A DNA stretch of 64,000 nt from the human T2T-CHM13v2.0 reference genome, Homo sapiens: NCBI RefSeq assembly GCF_009914755.1, contig NC_060934.1. One strand, written 5' to 3'. Under the pieces are notes generated by a model. The model did no database searches. It was not told the DNA's origin and was given only the letters and a program-made list of their open reading frames with translations. The position numbers and the translations under genes are program-made. The first letter of the stretch is position 1, and each line of letters starts with the position of its first letter. Shown here piece after piece: positions 63,110 to 64,000 of the stretch.

Positions 63110-63222
63110 TTAAGATTAAAATATATCTGCACCCTCATGTTCACTGCAGCATTATTCAAAATATCCAGCCAAAACAACTGAAGTCTCTGAGAATGGATCA
63201 AACAAGTGGGGTGTGTGTGTGT

Positions 63223-63259
<37 letters not shown>

Positions 63260-63780
63260 AAATGTATATGTGTTCACAATGGAATATTATTCAGCAATAA
63301 TGAAGAAAAAAACTTCCTATTTGTGACAATGATGAGCGTGGAGGGGATTATGCAAAGTGAAATAACCCAGACAGAGAAAGATAAATACAGCACGATCTCA
63401 CTTATACATGGAATCTAAAAAAGTTGAATTTGTAGAAACAGAGAGTAGAATGGCAGTTGTCCAGGGCTGAGGCCTGGCCGAAATGGGGAGGTATTGGTCA
63501 AAAGATACAAATTTTCACTTACAAGATGAATAAGTTCTGGGAGTCTAGTGTACAGCCTGGTGACTATAGTTAGTAACACTGTATTGTATACTTGAAATTT
63601 GCTGAGAGTAGATCTGAAATGTTCTGATCACACACACAAAAGGTAACTATATGATGAAATGATGCTAATTAGCTTTACTGTAGTAATCCTTTCACTACGT
63701 ATATGTATATCAAAACATTACATTGCGTACCTTAGTTACAATTTTATTTGTCACTTATACATCAATAAAGCTTAAAAAAT
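63110..63780 (+). mobile_element. L1MA 3' end with an internal (TG)n at 63211-63256
   Basis: ORF2 C-terminal remnant (MQSEITQTEKDKY) and L1MA 3'UTR ending atcaataaagc. Confidence 0.85.
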
Positions 63781-63899
63781 TAATACATATATATGCAATA
63801 TGTTTTAAAAATCTCTATCAAAATAATTAAAATACAACATGCCAAACATGTCCAAAGATACACGTTGGATCCCTGAACAGTTTATACATGAAATAGATC

Positions 63900-64000
63900 T
63901 AATTTTCAGACACACGCTACAACATGGATGAACCTTGAAGACGTTAAGTGAAATAAGCCAGAGACAAAAGGACACATATTGTTTGGTCCCAGTTATATGA
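63900..64000 (+). mobile_element. L1MB fragment
   Basis: gctacaacatggatgaaccttgaagac.ttaagtgaaataagccag. Confidence 0.7.

Overview
Human genomic DNA. The species call rests on the Alu, L1, MER and LTR content and on a human-specific L1HS. The + strand carries eight consecutive GT-AG coding exons (10864-10958, 11048-11209, 27009-27105, 46188-46289, 47219-47365, 50909-51075, 56544-56636, 59258-59465). They splice into one open frame encoding the C-terminal part of a MAM domain, a degenerate LDLa-like linker, a second MAM domain and a canonical LDL-receptor class A repeat. I recognise this as the 5' part of MALRD1 (probably exons 3-10; numbering from memory). The intron after exon 11048-11209 holds a full-length, antisense, ORF-intact L1HS of the pre-Ta subset (about 11557-17633, with TSD). 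Its ORF0 and antisense promoter point into the downstream MALRD1 exons. The rest is intronic and repeat-rich: older L1s, about 15 Alus, L2/MIR, LTR19/MER41/LTR9/MER4/LTR8/MER21/MLT1 LTRs, MADE1, MER3/MER5 and microsatellites. The most notable observations are: (1) a non-repeat pri-miRNA-like hairpin at 59884-59987 whose arm mismatches are all G-U pairs on the transcribed strand; (2) a potential L1 gene-breaking module (antisense poly(A) site plus ORF0-MALRD1 splice fusions); (3) an old L1 fragment apparently inserted between an ancestral branch point and its acceptor; (4) a cryptic four-cysteine LDLa-like module; (5) a palindromic AT-rich block. Repeat subfamily names are recalled from consensus sequences and their boundaries are approximate.
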